Below, in pieces: positions 28,354-38,179 of a stretch of DNA of 52,103 nt. Position numbers and translations under genes: made by a program. The stretch is from PVC group bacterium (GTDB taxonomy: Bacteria > Auribacterota > Erginobacteria > Erginobacterales > Erginobacteraceae), in the NCBI GenBank assembly GCA_043804695.1, contig JAZDIV010000052.1, positions 1-52,103 of the forward strand, written 5' to 3'. Within the stretch, counting starts at the first letter, position 1; the number at the start of each line of letters is the position of its first letter. The notes beneath the pieces are model-generated. The model saw only the letters and a list, made by a program, of their open reading frames with translations. It was not told the DNA's origin and searched no databases.

Positions 28354-30402
28354 GTGAAAGAAAGTATGACGCCCACATCTGAAAGCCCGGCTGCGGGATT
28401 TTCCAGCCTTCCCGCGTCTTTGCAGGTGAAGAGCAGAAGATTCTTCGGCCTGGGAGCCAAGCTGACCATCCTGGTCCTGAGCAGCCTTCTCTGCATCTCC
28501 GTCATCACCACCATCATCTCCATCCGCCATCTCCGGGACGCGTTAAACACGGGGGTCGAGGAGATGGGCCGGACCATGGGCCGGGTCCTGGGGATCAGTT
28601 CCGCCTACCAGGGATTCTTCGACATCGACAACCGTCTCCTGAAACAGTACGTCACCTCCGCGGTCGACCAGAAGAATGTTGTCTACGCTGTCATAACGAA
28701 AAAAAACGGGGAAGTCGTTCAGACGGGACTGTCGGCCGAACAACTGGAGCATCTGCAAAAAGGAGACCCGCCCCTCGACCCTGAGATAGTCCACCAGGAG
28801 ATACAGGATATCACCATGGAGTCGCCGATCGGGAAGATCGGCACCATCTATCTGGGGATTTCCAAAGAGGAGGTCGCGGCGGTCGAAAAGAAGCTGATCC
28901 TGGTTCAGGTGATCTCCGCCGGGGCGATTACCGCCATCTTTCTCGTCATCCTCTGGATAATCATCCATTCCATCACTCGCCCCCTCCGCCAGCTGACCGA
29001 GAAGACAAAGGAGATGGGGGAGGGGAAGCTGGATAAACCCCTGGAAGTGACCGGTCGGGACGAGGTCGGCCGACTGGCCAGCAGCATCGAGATCATGCGG
29101 GGAAACCTCAACCGGAAGATTCAGACGATTGCGTTTTTAGGGAGGATCGCCCACGACTTCAATGCGGTTTTCGACCTCAATCAGACGATCGATGACATCA
29201 AGAAAGAGCTGATCAACTTTCCCCTCTGGCCATGGCACGAAATGGGGATAGCCCTGATCGGCCGGGGAGGAAAGACATACACCAAAACCCAGTTCAATTA
29301 TTACCACGTCATCCCCGCCTCCGACCGGGAAGGCAACCGGTTCTCCATCTTCTCGCTCAAGGACACGATGGTGGCCGAGATAGTGTACCAGAAGCAGCTG
29401 ATCGTCAGGGATCTGCCCACCAGCCTCAGCTCTTCCCAGGATGGATTCAGTCTTTACCTGAAAGACCGGGACATCTCCTCTTCGGTCGCGTTCCCCCTGC
29501 TGATCAAAAACAAAGTTTTAGGGATGTTGTACGCCGGCTTTCAGGATCGCTCGGGGCGCCTGCCCGAGATACAGAAGATCTGTCAGAACATAGCCGATGA
29601 ACTGGCCCGGGCCATTGAGGGGATCTATCTCCTCTATGACCTTCGCCTCAGCCTGGACGATCTGAAGAGCGCCCATCAGCAGTTAAAGGGTCTTGATAAT
29701 CTGAAAAGCGAGTTCATTTCCAGTGTCAGTCATGAACTGCGGACACCGCTGGTGTCAATGACCGGGTACCTGCACATGATGCTGGATGAAAAGCTGGGCA
29801 GCATCACGGAACTCCAGCGGGAAGGACTCGAGGTCTCGGTGAAAAGCCTCCAGCGGCTGACCAATCTCATCCAGAAAATGCTGTCGTTCTCGTCCGAGCA
29901 GAAGGAGAAGGAGCTTGACCTCTCCGATTTCAAGATCAAAGATCTGCTTGAACACTGCGCAACAACTCTCAAGGCCGTTGCCGACAAGCAGCAGGTGAAG
30001 ATCAAGACATTTGCGGATGATAACCTGCCGCCGGTCCGGGCCGATGAGGATAAGATCATTCAGGTCCTGATCAACCTGACCGATAACGCGATCAAATTCA
30101 GTCCCCAGGGCGCCCGGATCGATTTAAAAGCGCGCCGGGCAGATGGGGCCGCCGGTCAGAAAGACATGATCGAGGTGATCGTCCGTGACGAAGGGAAGGG
30201 ACTCTCACCGAAAGATCAGACCATGATGTTTGAAAAATTTTGGCAGGGGAGCAAGGAAGACGGGGCCCGGCAGAAAGGCCTCGGCCTCGGCCTGGCACTG
30301 GTCAAAAAAATACTCGACCAGCACGGCTGTTCAATCTCGGTTGTCAGCGAGCTCGGCCGGGGGACTACCATAACCTTCACTCTGCCGACTGTTGCTGATT
30401 AG
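28354..30402 (+). CDS. Membrane sensor histidine kinase (periplasmic-HAMP-GAF-like-HisKA-HATPase)
   Basis: 2 TM, RDEVGRLA (HAMP), VSHELRTPL (H-box), NLTDNAIKF, DEGKG, GLGLGL; start could be ATG 28366. Confidence 0.93.
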   Translation: MKESMTPTSESPAAGFSSLPASLQVKSRRFFGLGAKLTILVLSSLLCISVITTIISIRHLRDALNTGVEEMGRTMGRVLGISSAYQGFFDIDNRLLKQYVTSAVDQKNVVYAVITKKNGEVVQTGLSAEQLEHLQKGDPPLDPEIVHQEIQDITMESPIGKIGTIYLGISKEEVAAVEKKLILVQVISAGAITAIFLVILWIIIHSITRPLRQLTEKTKEMGEGKLDKPLEVTGRDEVGRLASSIEIMRGNLNRKIQTIAFLGRIAHDFNAVFDLNQTIDDIKKELINFPLWPWHEMGIALIGRGGKTYTKTQFNYYHVIPASDREGNRFSIFSLKDTMVAEIVYQKQLIVRDLPTSLSSSQDGFSLYLKDRDISSSVAFPLLIKNKVLGMLYAGFQDRSGRLPEIQKICQNIADELARAIEGIYLLYDLRLSLDDLKSAHQQLKGLDNLKSEFISSVSHELRTPLVSMTGYLHMMLDEKLGSITELQREGLEVSVKSLQRLTNLIQKMLSFSSEQKEKELDLSDFKIKDLLEHCATTLKAVADKQQVKIKTFADDNLPPVRADEDKIIQVLINLTDNAIKFSPQGARIDLKARRADGAAGQKDMIEVIVRDEGKGLSPKDQTMMFEKFWQGSKEDGARQKGLGLGLALVKKILDQHGCSISVVSELGRGTTITFTLPTVAD

Positions 30403-30417
30403 AGCGAGGACTAATCG

Positions 30418-30627
30418 ATGGATCCTATTCTGGAACGATGGCATAAGCTTCACAAGCAGTATCTCTACTGCAATTGGGGCCCATTCGACTTCCGAACATC
30501 GAAATTGGCCGAGCATCTTGGTGTAAGCCGGAGAACCATCGAACGCTGGATAGCGGGGAGGACCGCCCCTAAAAAGAAGCATCTGGAAGCGATAGAGTCG
30601 TATTTAAACCAAGGCGGCACCAGCTGA
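30418..30627 (+). CDS. Small HTH DNA-binding protein
   Basis: KLAEHLGVSRRTIERWIAGRTAP (XRE-like HTH); GAGG RBS. Confidence 0.8.
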   Translation: MDPILERWHKLHKQYLYCNWGPFDFRTSKLAEHLGVSRRTIERWIAGRTAPKKKHLEAIESYLNQGGTS

Positions 30628-30653
30628 TTTTTTTTAAATTAAAATGTCGCACT

Positions 30654-30681
30654 GGTCGTGATAATGTTCATTATGTAAAGT
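30654..30681 (+). other. dif: dif-like XerC/XerD recombination site
   Basis: GGTCGTGATAA-TGTTCA-TTATGTAAAGT (11-6-11) versus E. coli GGTGCGCATAA-TGTATA-TTATGTTAAAT; intergenic at the window-wide strand convergence. Confidence 0.8.
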
Positions 30682-30744
30682 ATAGTATAATACTCCAGCG
30701 GGGGTTGTGTTTTTGTAAAGTATTGCCCTGATAACTGTTGCAAG

Positions 30745-30841
30745 TTATCTTCAGGCGTCTGTTGATAACGCGTGGATAACCTATGGGGTTCTTCCAATGA
30801 ATGAATGATTTAGTGCCCACCAAATTCAAATTTATTGATAA
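30745..30841. promoter_or_regulatory. Cluster of DnaA-box-like 9-mers
   Basis: TGTTGATAA (30760), CGTGGATAA (30771), TTATCTTCA (30745), TATTGATAA (30833); 1-2 mismatches to TTATCCACA/TGTGGATAA. Confidence 0.45.
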
Positions 30842-31005
30842 TCGGGACCGCGATGAGTATCGGGGAAAATGCCGAAGCAGCAAGTTAGGGAATTATACTC
30901 CGGTCATTTTGCGGGAATAGTCAACCGGCATTGACAATCTTATCGGGGGGACAGGTTTTACAGCAGGGATATGACCGGAGGAGCCGGGTTCCGGGGGGAA
31001 TTGAA

Positions 31006-31449
31006 CTAGAAACCCTCGGACAGGGCGATGATCAGGTTAGGGTTGCCGGGGGCGCCGATCATGACCGTCCCTTTCCTGACCAGAGAGAGTTCGGTATCAA
31101 GGATGAGACGGCTATCCGCCCAGAGCTTGAGAGAGAATTGAACCGTCCGGGCGTTAAAGTTTTTAGGAATTATTACTAATTTCAAATGCCGGCGAAGCTG
31201 AAAGGAGATCGTCTCTTCTTTGCCGAGCGGAATAGCGCGAAAGGCCGTTGCCAGTTCCAGGTAATTCTGGTACTTAAGGGGAGACCTCCGCATCGTCTTC
31301 TCAAGATAGCGCAGCCCCGGGGCCATCTCTCCCGGTTCATCAGTGGGCTGGAGAACATCGATCGTCACTTCGATCGTCTCCTCGCCGGCCCGAACCGGGC
31401 CGATGGCCAGGAGGGGCATGATCATGATTAGGCAGCAGGCAACCTTCAT
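31006..31449 (-). CDS. Secreted hypothetical protein, third gene of the ECF operon
   Basis: Signal peptide, beta-rich mature part, 7 bp from the anti-sigma stop. Confidence 0.75.
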   Translation of the reverse strand: MKVACCLIMIMPLLAIGPVRAGEETIEVTIDVLQPTDEPGEMAPGLRYLEKTMRRSPLKYQNYLELATAFRAIPLGKEETISFQLRRHLKLVIIPKNFNARTVQFSLKLWADSRLILDTELSLVRKGTVMIGAPGNPNLIIALSEGF

Positions 31450-31456
31450 CAGTTCC

Positions 31457-31936
31457 TCACTCCATCAGCCAGATGATTGTCAAACCGTCGCTCTCACCGC
31501 GGAATATCATCAGATTATGTTCGGGAGCGGAGATGGATTCTATCCGGCAATAATTTTCCGGGAGGCGGTTTTCCGTCAGGACTCCCGAAAAGAAGAGCGC
31601 CAGCGCGGCGGCCGCGCTGAGAGCAACTCCTATCCAGGCCGGTCTCGGGATCAGCTGCAGGCTCCTTCTTCCCAAACGTTTTTCGCCGAACGGCGCTTCG
31701 GCCGCCAGACGGGCCCGGACGGCCGGCCAGAAAGAAACACCCTCCCCCTGCCCCGCCTCCTGCCGGGCCAGGCCGGCCAGCGCCCCGCTCAGGATCCGGC
31801 GATCATGCAGCCGGCGGCGGCAGCTTTCACAGTTTTCCAGATGCGCTTCGCACGCCCGGATTGATTCCGAAGACAGCCGGCCGTCATAATACAAATCCAG
31901 CCAAGATTCAATCTTGCGGCAGCCGATCTTTTTCAT
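31457..31936 (-). CDS. Zinc-binding anti-sigma factor (zf-HC2)
   Basis: C-x8-YYDGRL...HLENCESC (HxxxCxxC), one TM helix. Confidence 0.9.
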   Translation of the reverse strand: MKKIGCRKIESWLDLYYDGRLSSESIRACEAHLENCESCRRRLHDRRILSGALAGLARQEAGQGEGVSFWPAVRARLAAEAPFGEKRLGRRSLQLIPRPAWIGVALSAAAALALFFSGVLTENRLPENYCRIESISAPEHNLMIFRGESDGLTIIWLME

Positions 31937-32044
31937 GGCACGGTGTTCCGGGGAAACGCTCCGCCTGATCCCACGCTGACAAAAAAGTGATGATGTGGCT
32001 CTTCGTCATTGTTCAAAACCAACCCGATTTATGAATCAATCGGA

Positions 32045-32623
32045 TTAATACGCTCCCGCCAGATAGGGCTTCATCTTTTCTCTGATCTTTTCCCGGGCAT
32101 AATGGAGCCGGGACATGACCGTTCCCCGGGAGCATTTCATGATCGCGCTGATCTCCTCGTAGGAGCAGCCCTCCCATTCCCGGAGGAGGATGGCCGTTCT
32201 CTGGGGGACGGTGAGCGTGTCCAGAGCCCGGATGAGCATAGCGGACAGCTCGCTCCGCATGATCTCGCGATCCGGACGGGAAGCATGCCCGGGCCGGCTG
32301 GCGACCGCTTCCAGCTCCACCGAGTCGTCATACTCCACCAGATTCTTGCCGGACTTTTTTCTTTTCGCGTCCAGGGCCAGGTTGAAAGCGATCCGGTACA
32401 ACCAGGTGAAGACGCGCGATTTCCCCTTGAATGTATGCAAAGAGCGATAGGCCTTGATGAAGGATTCCTGGGCCAGGTCCCGGGCCTGCTCCCGGTCGAG
32501 AACAATCCCGTAGATGAGGAGAGAGAGCCGCTCCTGATATTTCTCGACCAATCCCTGAAACTCATCAATCTCTCCTTCCAGGCAGCGCCGGACCAGTTCG
32601 AAGTCTTCATCAGGCACAGTCAT
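32045..32623 (-). CDS. ECF sigma-70 factor (RpoE-like)
   Basis: DLAQESFIKAY, FTWLYRIAFN, LREWEGCSYEEIS, GTVMSRLHYAR. Confidence 0.95.
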   Translation of the reverse strand: MTVPDEDFELVRRCLEGEIDEFQGLVEKYQERLSLLIYGIVLDREQARDLAQESFIKAYRSLHTFKGKSRVFTWLYRIAFNLALDAKRKKSGKNLVEYDDSVELEAVASRPGHASRPDREIMRSELSAMLIRALDTLTVPQRTAILLREWEGCSYEEISAIMKCSRGTVMSRLHYAREKIREKMKPYLAGAY

Positions 32624-32654
32624 TCTTTATCTATTAGACGCGGATTATCTGTTT

Positions 32655-33533
32655 TTATTCGTTTCCCGCCGGGACCAGAACCTCCAGCCGGGCGGGGAGC
32701 AGCTCGATCCGGGCGGGGGTGCGCCCGATGTAGTCACCATCCGCCTGGAGCGGCAGCCCGGGGTCATCAATCCGGATGCTCCGGGCGCGGGCAAAAGTGA
32801 CATCAGGGAGGGTGTGGTGTTTTTTCCTGAGCACGCCCAAAAAATACCGCGCGTAATCCCGGCGGCTGCCTTTCTCGAACAGGCAGCAGTGGAAAAAGCC
32901 GTCGTCAATGCGGGCGCCGGGTGTGATCTGGTGAGGGCCGCCGTAGAAACGGGCGTTGGAAATCACTGCGACCGATCCGCTTAATTCGCGCTCCCCGTCA
33001 AGCAGAAGCTTGAAGAGCCGGGGCCGAAAAGCGATCAGCGCCTTCAGGCCGGCCAGGTAATAGGCATACCGCTTCACATATCTCTTTAAGGCCGGATTGA
33101 CAATCCTCACCGCTTCGGCATCGAGACCGACGCTGACCATGATCGCGAAATATCGCTGGTTGACTATCCCGAGATCGATCCGGCGGGTATGACCGCCGGT
33201 GATGATCCCGACCGCCCGATCGATATCGGCGGGGATGCCCAGTTCCAGGGCCAGCACATTGCTCAGTCCGGCCGGGATAATGCCCAGCCGGGCCCCGGAT
33301 CCGACGATGCCGTTGATGACCTCGTTCAGCGTGCCGTCCCCCCCGGCCGAGATCACCAGTTCACTCCCCTCCCCCACCGCCCGCCGGGCCAGGGCGATAG
33401 CCTCCAGGGGGGCGGTCGTGGTGCTGACCGTAACCCGGAAACCGTGACGGGCCAGCTCTTTCTCGACCCGGCGGAGACGATCAGGATCGGCAATCCGGCT
33501 GGAGACCGGGTTGACGATAACGGTGGCCTTCAT
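32655..33533 (-). CDS. Diacylglycerol/lipid kinase family (YegS/DgkB-like)
   Basis: IVNPVS, GGDGTLNEVING, NARFYGG, QADGD. Confidence 0.93.
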   Translation of the reverse strand: MKATVIVNPVSSRIADPDRLRRVEKELARHGFRVTVSTTTAPLEAIALARRAVGEGSELVISAGGDGTLNEVINGIVGSGARLGIIPAGLSNVLALELGIPADIDRAVGIITGGHTRRIDLGIVNQRYFAIMVSVGLDAEAVRIVNPALKRYVKRYAYYLAGLKALIAFRPRLFKLLLDGERELSGSVAVISNARFYGGPHQITPGARIDDGFFHCCLFEKGSRRDYARYFLGVLRKKHHTLPDVTFARARSIRIDDPGLPLQADGDYIGRTPARIELLPARLEVLVPAGNE

Positions 33534-33534
33534 C

Positions 33535-33610
33535 TATAAATTAGCTCGCTTCGCTCGCTACTTATTTTTTCTTCTTATTTTTCGAAGAAAAAATAAGAAG
33601 AAAAAATAAG
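33535..33610. repeat. Hairpin-family copy 3 plus a nested AT-rich 22-bp-arm inverted repeat
   Basis: TATAAATTAGC-TCGCTTCGCTC-GCTACTTAT followed by CTTATTTTTTCTTCTTATTTTT-CGAAGA-AAAAATAAGAAGAAAAAATAAG. Confidence 0.85.
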
Positions 33611-33613
33611 AGA

Positions 33614-34726
33614 TTACCGTGCCTCCCGCCACTCTTTCTCGAGTTTGGAGACCGGAATCAGCAGTTCATCCTCGAAGACATTTCTCCACTCCCGGCCCTT
33701 CTTCAGCTCATCGAGGATAACGTTAATCCTCCAGAAACCATACTGCCGGATCAGGTAATCCACCAGGGAATATGCCTGAGCATAGGCCACTGTAACACTT
33801 CCGGGATCCCGGTCAAAGCCCAATGCGCCTTCAAGCAGGGAAAGGGGCATCAGCTCTTCATCAAGCCGAATGGCCGGCGGGACGACCTTCGCCTCCTCAT
33901 ACTGGGCCAGTCCTTCATGGAGCCAGCGGGGACAGGTATTCCCGGTTCTATCATTAATCAGGGCGTGCGTGTATTCATGCCAGAGTATCTTCTTGATATC
34001 GGCGGCGTCCAGCCCTTTTCCACCTGCCGGGAGCCTGATTTTACCGTCATAGAGAGCTCCCACCCAGCGGGGGGTATGCCTGATTTGCGAGAATTCCTCC
34101 CCGGTATAAAGAAGCACCACGATCGGCCGGGTCGGATAATAGTTAAAGTCATACCCGATCTCCTGATACGCTTCCAGAAGAAAGCTCTGAATATCGCTGA
34201 CATGGTAATCGGGGTCGCGGGAATGAAAGCGGATGTCGAAGGTGGCGAGCGATGACGCGTCCAGCCTCTCTTCTATCGACGCTTCCTTTTTCAGCTGCTC
34301 CAGCATCCCGGCCAGCCTGCTGTCGTCCGGCTGGAGAGACAACGCCTCTTCCCAGTAGCGGACGGCATCCTCCAGGCGCTGGGAATAATAAGCGATCTCC
34401 CCCAGCATGCGCAGGGCGGTAAAATTCCCGGGGTCCCGGTCCAGCACTTCGAGAAAAGTGTCCCGGGCCCGGGAGAGATCCCGCTCCCGGTAATAACTGC
34501 CGCCCAGGCCGTTCAAAAGCCGGATCCGGGCCTGCCGGAGGGAAGCGTTTTCAGACTGGCCGAGCTCGAGCCGACTGAGATAATCAAGGGCGGCGGCGTA
34601 ATCGCCGCGACCGGACGCCTCTTCGATCAATTCCCGCCACCGCTCATCGGGAAAACGGCCGCCGGCATCCGCCGGGATCGGCAGCAGAAGGAGAACACCC
34701 GCCAGAATTGATGCCCAGGTAATCAT
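33614..34726 (-). CDS. Secreted TPR + peptidase MA-like zinc metallopeptidase
   Basis: Signal peptide, TPRs, ILWHEYTHA...PRWLHEGLAQY (HEXXH...E). Confidence 0.9.
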   Translation of the reverse strand: MITWASILAGVLLLLPIPADAGGRFPDERWRELIEEASGRGDYAAALDYLSRLELGQSENASLRQARIRLLNGLGGSYYRERDLSRARDTFLEVLDRDPGNFTALRMLGEIAYYSQRLEDAVRYWEEALSLQPDDSRLAGMLEQLKKEASIEERLDASSLATFDIRFHSRDPDYHVSDIQSFLLEAYQEIGYDFNYYPTRPIVVLLYTGEEFSQIRHTPRWVGALYDGKIRLPAGGKGLDAADIKKILWHEYTHALINDRTGNTCPRWLHEGLAQYEEAKVVPPAIRLDEELMPLSLLEGALGFDRDPGSVTVAYAQAYSLVDYLIRQYGFWRINVILDELKKGREWRNVFEDELLIPVSKLEKEWREAR

Positions 34727-34728
34727 GA

Positions 34729-35517
34729 TTACAGGTTATGCCGGGCGTCGTGGAGGAAATCTTTTTCCCGGTCGTTCAATCCCCCCCACCCTTCCCGGGC
34801 CAGTTTATCCAGGACGCGGTTCAGCTCGTCCCGGTAGCCGCCGCTCTCTTTTGGGGGAACGGGGCCGGCGGCGGGACGCTCCTTCCTTTTTCGCCGCGCC
34901 GGCCACTTCAGATAGACAAATCCTACCAGGGCTCCGCCCAGGTGGGCAAAGTGGGCAATCCCCCCTCCCCCGCCGCCGCCGAGCAGAAAAAGGAGTTCAA
35001 GAACGATGAAGACGGCGACCATCTGCCGGGCCCGCATCCGGAGGGGGAGGACAAAAAAAAGCAGCAGGGTGACCACCCTGTCCGGGAAAAGCAGTCCGTA
35101 AGCTATCAGCAGCGCGAAGAGAGCCCCGGAGGCGCCGATCAGGGGGGCGTTGATGCCCCAGATAAAGGGGATCGAGCAGATGCCGGCCCCGATTCCCGAA
35201 ATGAAGTAATAGCGGAGAAAAAAAGACGTTCCCCAGAATATCTCCAGTTCCCGGCCGAAGAAATAGAGGACCAGCATGTTGAAGAGGAGGTGAAACAGGT
35301 CTCCATGAACGAAGAGATAGGTTATGAACTGGTATGCCCGCAGGTGTAAAAAGACCGCGGGGACGGTAAGCCCAAAGACACGGGTAAAGTCGACGGTTCC
35401 CCATAATCGAGCGACGATGAAACTCCCCATATTTGCCAGAAGCAATACCTTGACTGCCGGGGGCATCGGCTCCGGGGATGAATGGCGGGATTTCGGGAAC
35501 ACTGAACTCGGGCCCAC
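34729..35517 (-). CDS. Rhomboid intramembrane serine protease
   Basis: HLLFNM, IGASGA, AHFAHLGGA, C-terminal LNRVLDKL..EG tail; start may be ATG 35466. Confidence 0.93.
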   Translation of the reverse strand: MGPSSVFPKSRHSSPEPMPPAVKVLLLANMGSFIVARLWGTVDFTRVFGLTVPAVFLHLRAYQFITYLFVHGDLFHLLFNMLVLYFFGRELEIFWGTSFFLRYYFISGIGAGICSIPFIWGINAPLIGASGALFALLIAYGLLFPDRVVTLLLFFVLPLRMRARQMVAVFIVLELLFLLGGGGGGGIAHFAHLGGALVGFVYLKWPARRKRKERPAAGPVPPKESGGYRDELNRVLDKLAREGWGGLNDREKDFLHDARHNL

Positions 35518-35571
35518 TATTTTCGGGGGTAAGGAGGAAAACCTGCTTTCAGGAAAGCGCCGGGCAATTTT

Positions 35572-35889
35572 TTAAAAATCGGTAATCTTATCGAGATGTT
35601 CCTGGGCCAATTTATCGTTGGGATTGATCGAAAGGATCTCTAAATACAACTCCTTGGCGCTGTCGATCTCCTTCTGGGCTTCCCGGGTTACCGCGTAATT
35701 AAAGAGCAGCGAAATGTCCCGGGGAGCGACCTTCAAACCGCGTTGATAGATATCAACCGCTCGGTCATAATCGCCATTGAGGAAATACAGCTTTCCCAGA
35801 CGGATAAAATTATCCGCTTTTGAGGGTTCTCTCTCCAGTTCCTGCAGGAGCTTTTTTTCCTTTCGTTCGAAGAAGCGCACTTTGGCCAC
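35572..35889 (-). CDS. Small TPR protein
   Basis: LGKLYFLNGDYDRAVDIYQRGLKVAP. Confidence 0.85.
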   Translation of the reverse strand: MAKVRFFERKEKKLLQELEREPSKADNFIRLGKLYFLNGDYDRAVDIYQRGLKVAPRDISLLFNYAVTREAQKEIDSAKELYLEILSINPNDKLAQEHLDKITDF

Positions 35890-35903
35890 GCGGAGGTTGC
35901 GGT

Positions 35904-36590
35904 TCAGACAGATTTGAACTTCTCGATGTTTTTCTCTTCCCCGATGATCACCAGGGTGTCGTTTTCCCCCAGCACTTCTGAGGCGCGGGGAGCGATGATC
36001 AGGGTGTCTTTCAGTTCCGATTCACCGTTTGCATCAAGCTTCGGCGCCTGGCGGCGGAGAGCGACAATGTCGATCCCGAAGCGGGAACGGACATTGGCTT
36101 CCGCCAGTGTTTGCCCCCGCAGAGCCGTGGGCACATTTGTCTCCACGATCCCGAATCCGGGAGAGACCTGGATGTAGTCGAAGATGGAAGGAGAGACCAG
36201 AGAATTGGCCACCCGGATCCCCATGTCTCTTTCCGGAAAGACGATCCGGTCGGCTCCGATCCGGCTTAATATTTTTTTATCAGTCTGATTGACGGCCTTG
36301 GCGACAACCGTCTTCACCCCCATCTCTTTCAGCTGCATGGTCACCAGGATGCTCGCCTCCAGGCTGCTCCCGATGCCGACCACGGCAACATCCATCTCGC
36401 CGAGTTCCAGGCTTTCCAGGGCCAGGTCGTCAGTGACGTCCGCCTGGACGGCCTGGGTAACGATCTCGCTCATCCTCTGGACGACCTGCTCGTCCTTGTC
36501 CACAACCATCACCTGTTTCCCTTTCTCGGCCAGGGTCTGGGCGACGGCGCTCCCGAAGCTTCCGGCTCCGATGACAACATACTCTTTCAT
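35904..36590 (-). CDS. ktrA: Trk/Ktr K+ uptake RCK subunit
   Basis: VIGAGSFG, IGADRIVFPERDMG. Confidence 0.92.
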   Translation of the reverse strand: MKEYVVIGAGSFGSAVAQTLAEKGKQVMVVDKDEQVVQRMSEIVTQAVQADVTDDLALESLELGEMDVAVVGIGSSLEASILVTMQLKEMGVKTVVAKAVNQTDKKILSRIGADRIVFPERDMGIRVANSLVSPSIFDYIQVSPGFGIVETNVPTALRGQTLAEANVRSRFGIDIVALRRQAPKLDANGESELKDTLIIAPRASEVLGENDTLVIIGEEKNIEKFKSV

Positions 36591-36665
36591 AATTAAAATT
36601 TTCCTCCGGAAAACTTTAAGATAATAATACCATAAATACGCAAATATCCATTAGAATTTTAGGAC

Positions 36666-38051
36666 TTAACCGACCATTACCGACTCCTCCGGATATCGGA
36701 TCAGCATCGGGGGACGCTTCCGGCGGCCGATCAAGAGAGCGAGAGTCAGGGGACCGATCCTTCCCACGTACATGGTGAGGATGATCACGAACTTTCCCGG
36801 AAAGGACAGATGGGGGGTGATCCCGGTGGAAAGTCCGACCGTTCCGAAGGCGGAGACGGTCTCAAAGATGATCTCCCCCATGTAACCGGTCCGACAGAAC
36901 GGGCGGGCGGAGGTCGTTTCCACCGCGAAGAGCACGGCGCAGACAATGAAGATGATGCCCAGGGAAATGACCGCGATGCTGATCGCTTTCACCGCGGTCT
37001 GATCTTCAATGCTCCGGCGGCCGAGAACGACCTGCTTCTTCCCCGTTATCATCGCGTAAACCGACGCCAGGATCACGGCAAAAGTACAGGTCTTGATGCC
37101 TCCGCCGGTACCGCCGGGGGAGGCTCCGATGAACATCATCACAATGGTTATCCAGAGAGTGGCCGGATTCAGCCGGTCGACGGGCAGTGTGTTGAAACCC
37201 GCTGTTCGCGGGGTGACCGCCTGGAAAAAGCACCGCGAGACTTTCTCGCCGAGCGGCAGTCCCTCCAGCGTGTTGCCCCATTCCGCCGCCAGCAGAAGCA
37301 TGAACATGACGGCAAGGAGCATCCCGCTCACGGCCAGCGCTATTCGGGACTGAAGCCGGAGGCGGCCGCGGCGGGTCCGGTCTTTCCGCCAGAAATAAAA
37401 ATGGGTGATATTGTACCAGACCAGGAAACCGATCCCGCCGAGCAGGACCAGGCCCCCCATGATTCCGATCACGCACCAGTCGTTCCCGAAGCGCATCAGG
37501 CTGTTTTGGTAAAGAGAGAACCCGGCGTTGCAGAAGGCGGAGACGGAGTGAAAAACCCCGTGGACAACCGCTTGGCCGACCGGGTAGTGATAAGCGCGGT
37601 GGAAACGCCAGGCCAGGAGAGCCGCGCCGATCGCCTCCAGGAAAACGGTCATGCCCACGATTAAAAGGATAAGGCCCTTGACCCCCTTGACCTTCTTCTC
37701 TCCCAGCGTATCCTGCCACATGATCCGGTCTTTGAGCGTCAGGCGTTTCCCCAGCATGACCAGGAAGAAGGTCGACATGGTCATGATCCCCAATCCTCCC
37801 AGCTGGATCAGAACCAGAATAACGGCCTTGCCGAAGGGGGTGAAAAAAGTCCCGGTATCCACCACGACCAGACCGGTCACACAGGTCGCGGAAGCCGCGG
37901 TGAAGAGGGCATCCACCACGTTCATGCATCCCGGAGTATAGGTGGAAAAAGGGAGAACCAGCAGCGCCGTGCCGAGCAGTATCGTCCCTAAAAAAGAAAG
38001 GATAATCAGACGGGGGGCGTTGATCCGCGTTTTCCTGGCGATGAGTTTCAT
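36666..38051 (-). CDS. ktrB: Trk/Ktr K+ uptake membrane subunit
   Basis: SATCVTGL, SAFCNAGF, PRTAGF, GGGIK, SAFGTVGLSTG. Confidence 0.93.
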   Translation of the reverse strand: MKLIARKTRINAPRLIILSFLGTILLGTALLVLPFSTYTPGCMNVVDALFTAASATCVTGLVVVDTGTFFTPFGKAVILVLIQLGGLGIMTMSTFFLVMLGKRLTLKDRIMWQDTLGEKKVKGVKGLILLIVGMTVFLEAIGAALLAWRFHRAYHYPVGQAVVHGVFHSVSAFCNAGFSLYQNSLMRFGNDWCVIGIMGGLVLLGGIGFLVWYNITHFYFWRKDRTRRGRLRLQSRIALAVSGMLLAVMFMLLLAAEWGNTLEGLPLGEKVSRCFFQAVTPRTAGFNTLPVDRLNPATLWITIVMMFIGASPGGTGGGIKTCTFAVILASVYAMITGKKQVVLGRRSIEDQTAVKAISIAVISLGIIFIVCAVLFAVETTSARPFCRTGYMGEIIFETVSAFGTVGLSTGITPHLSFPGKFVIILTMYVGRIGPLTLALLIGRRKRPPMLIRYPEESVMVG

Positions 38052-38179
38052 GGCAAGTTCTTGCCCGGGTCGATCAGATTGAAGCAGAGCGTCGGAATAT
38101 GAGACAAAAAAGATATCACAATCGAAACCGGTTGCAATTTAAAATAATTTGTTCCGCCGCCGGCGAATATGATACTATC

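Noticed and set aside
30671..30883. 70-aa ORF over the dif/DnaA-box region
   Set aside because: No RBS or recognisable motif; the region is better explained as non-coding
30682..30960. Firm call as oriC
   Set aside because: Flanking genes converge rather than diverge, no dnaA/dnaN/gidA is nearby and no box is perfect; kept only as a finding
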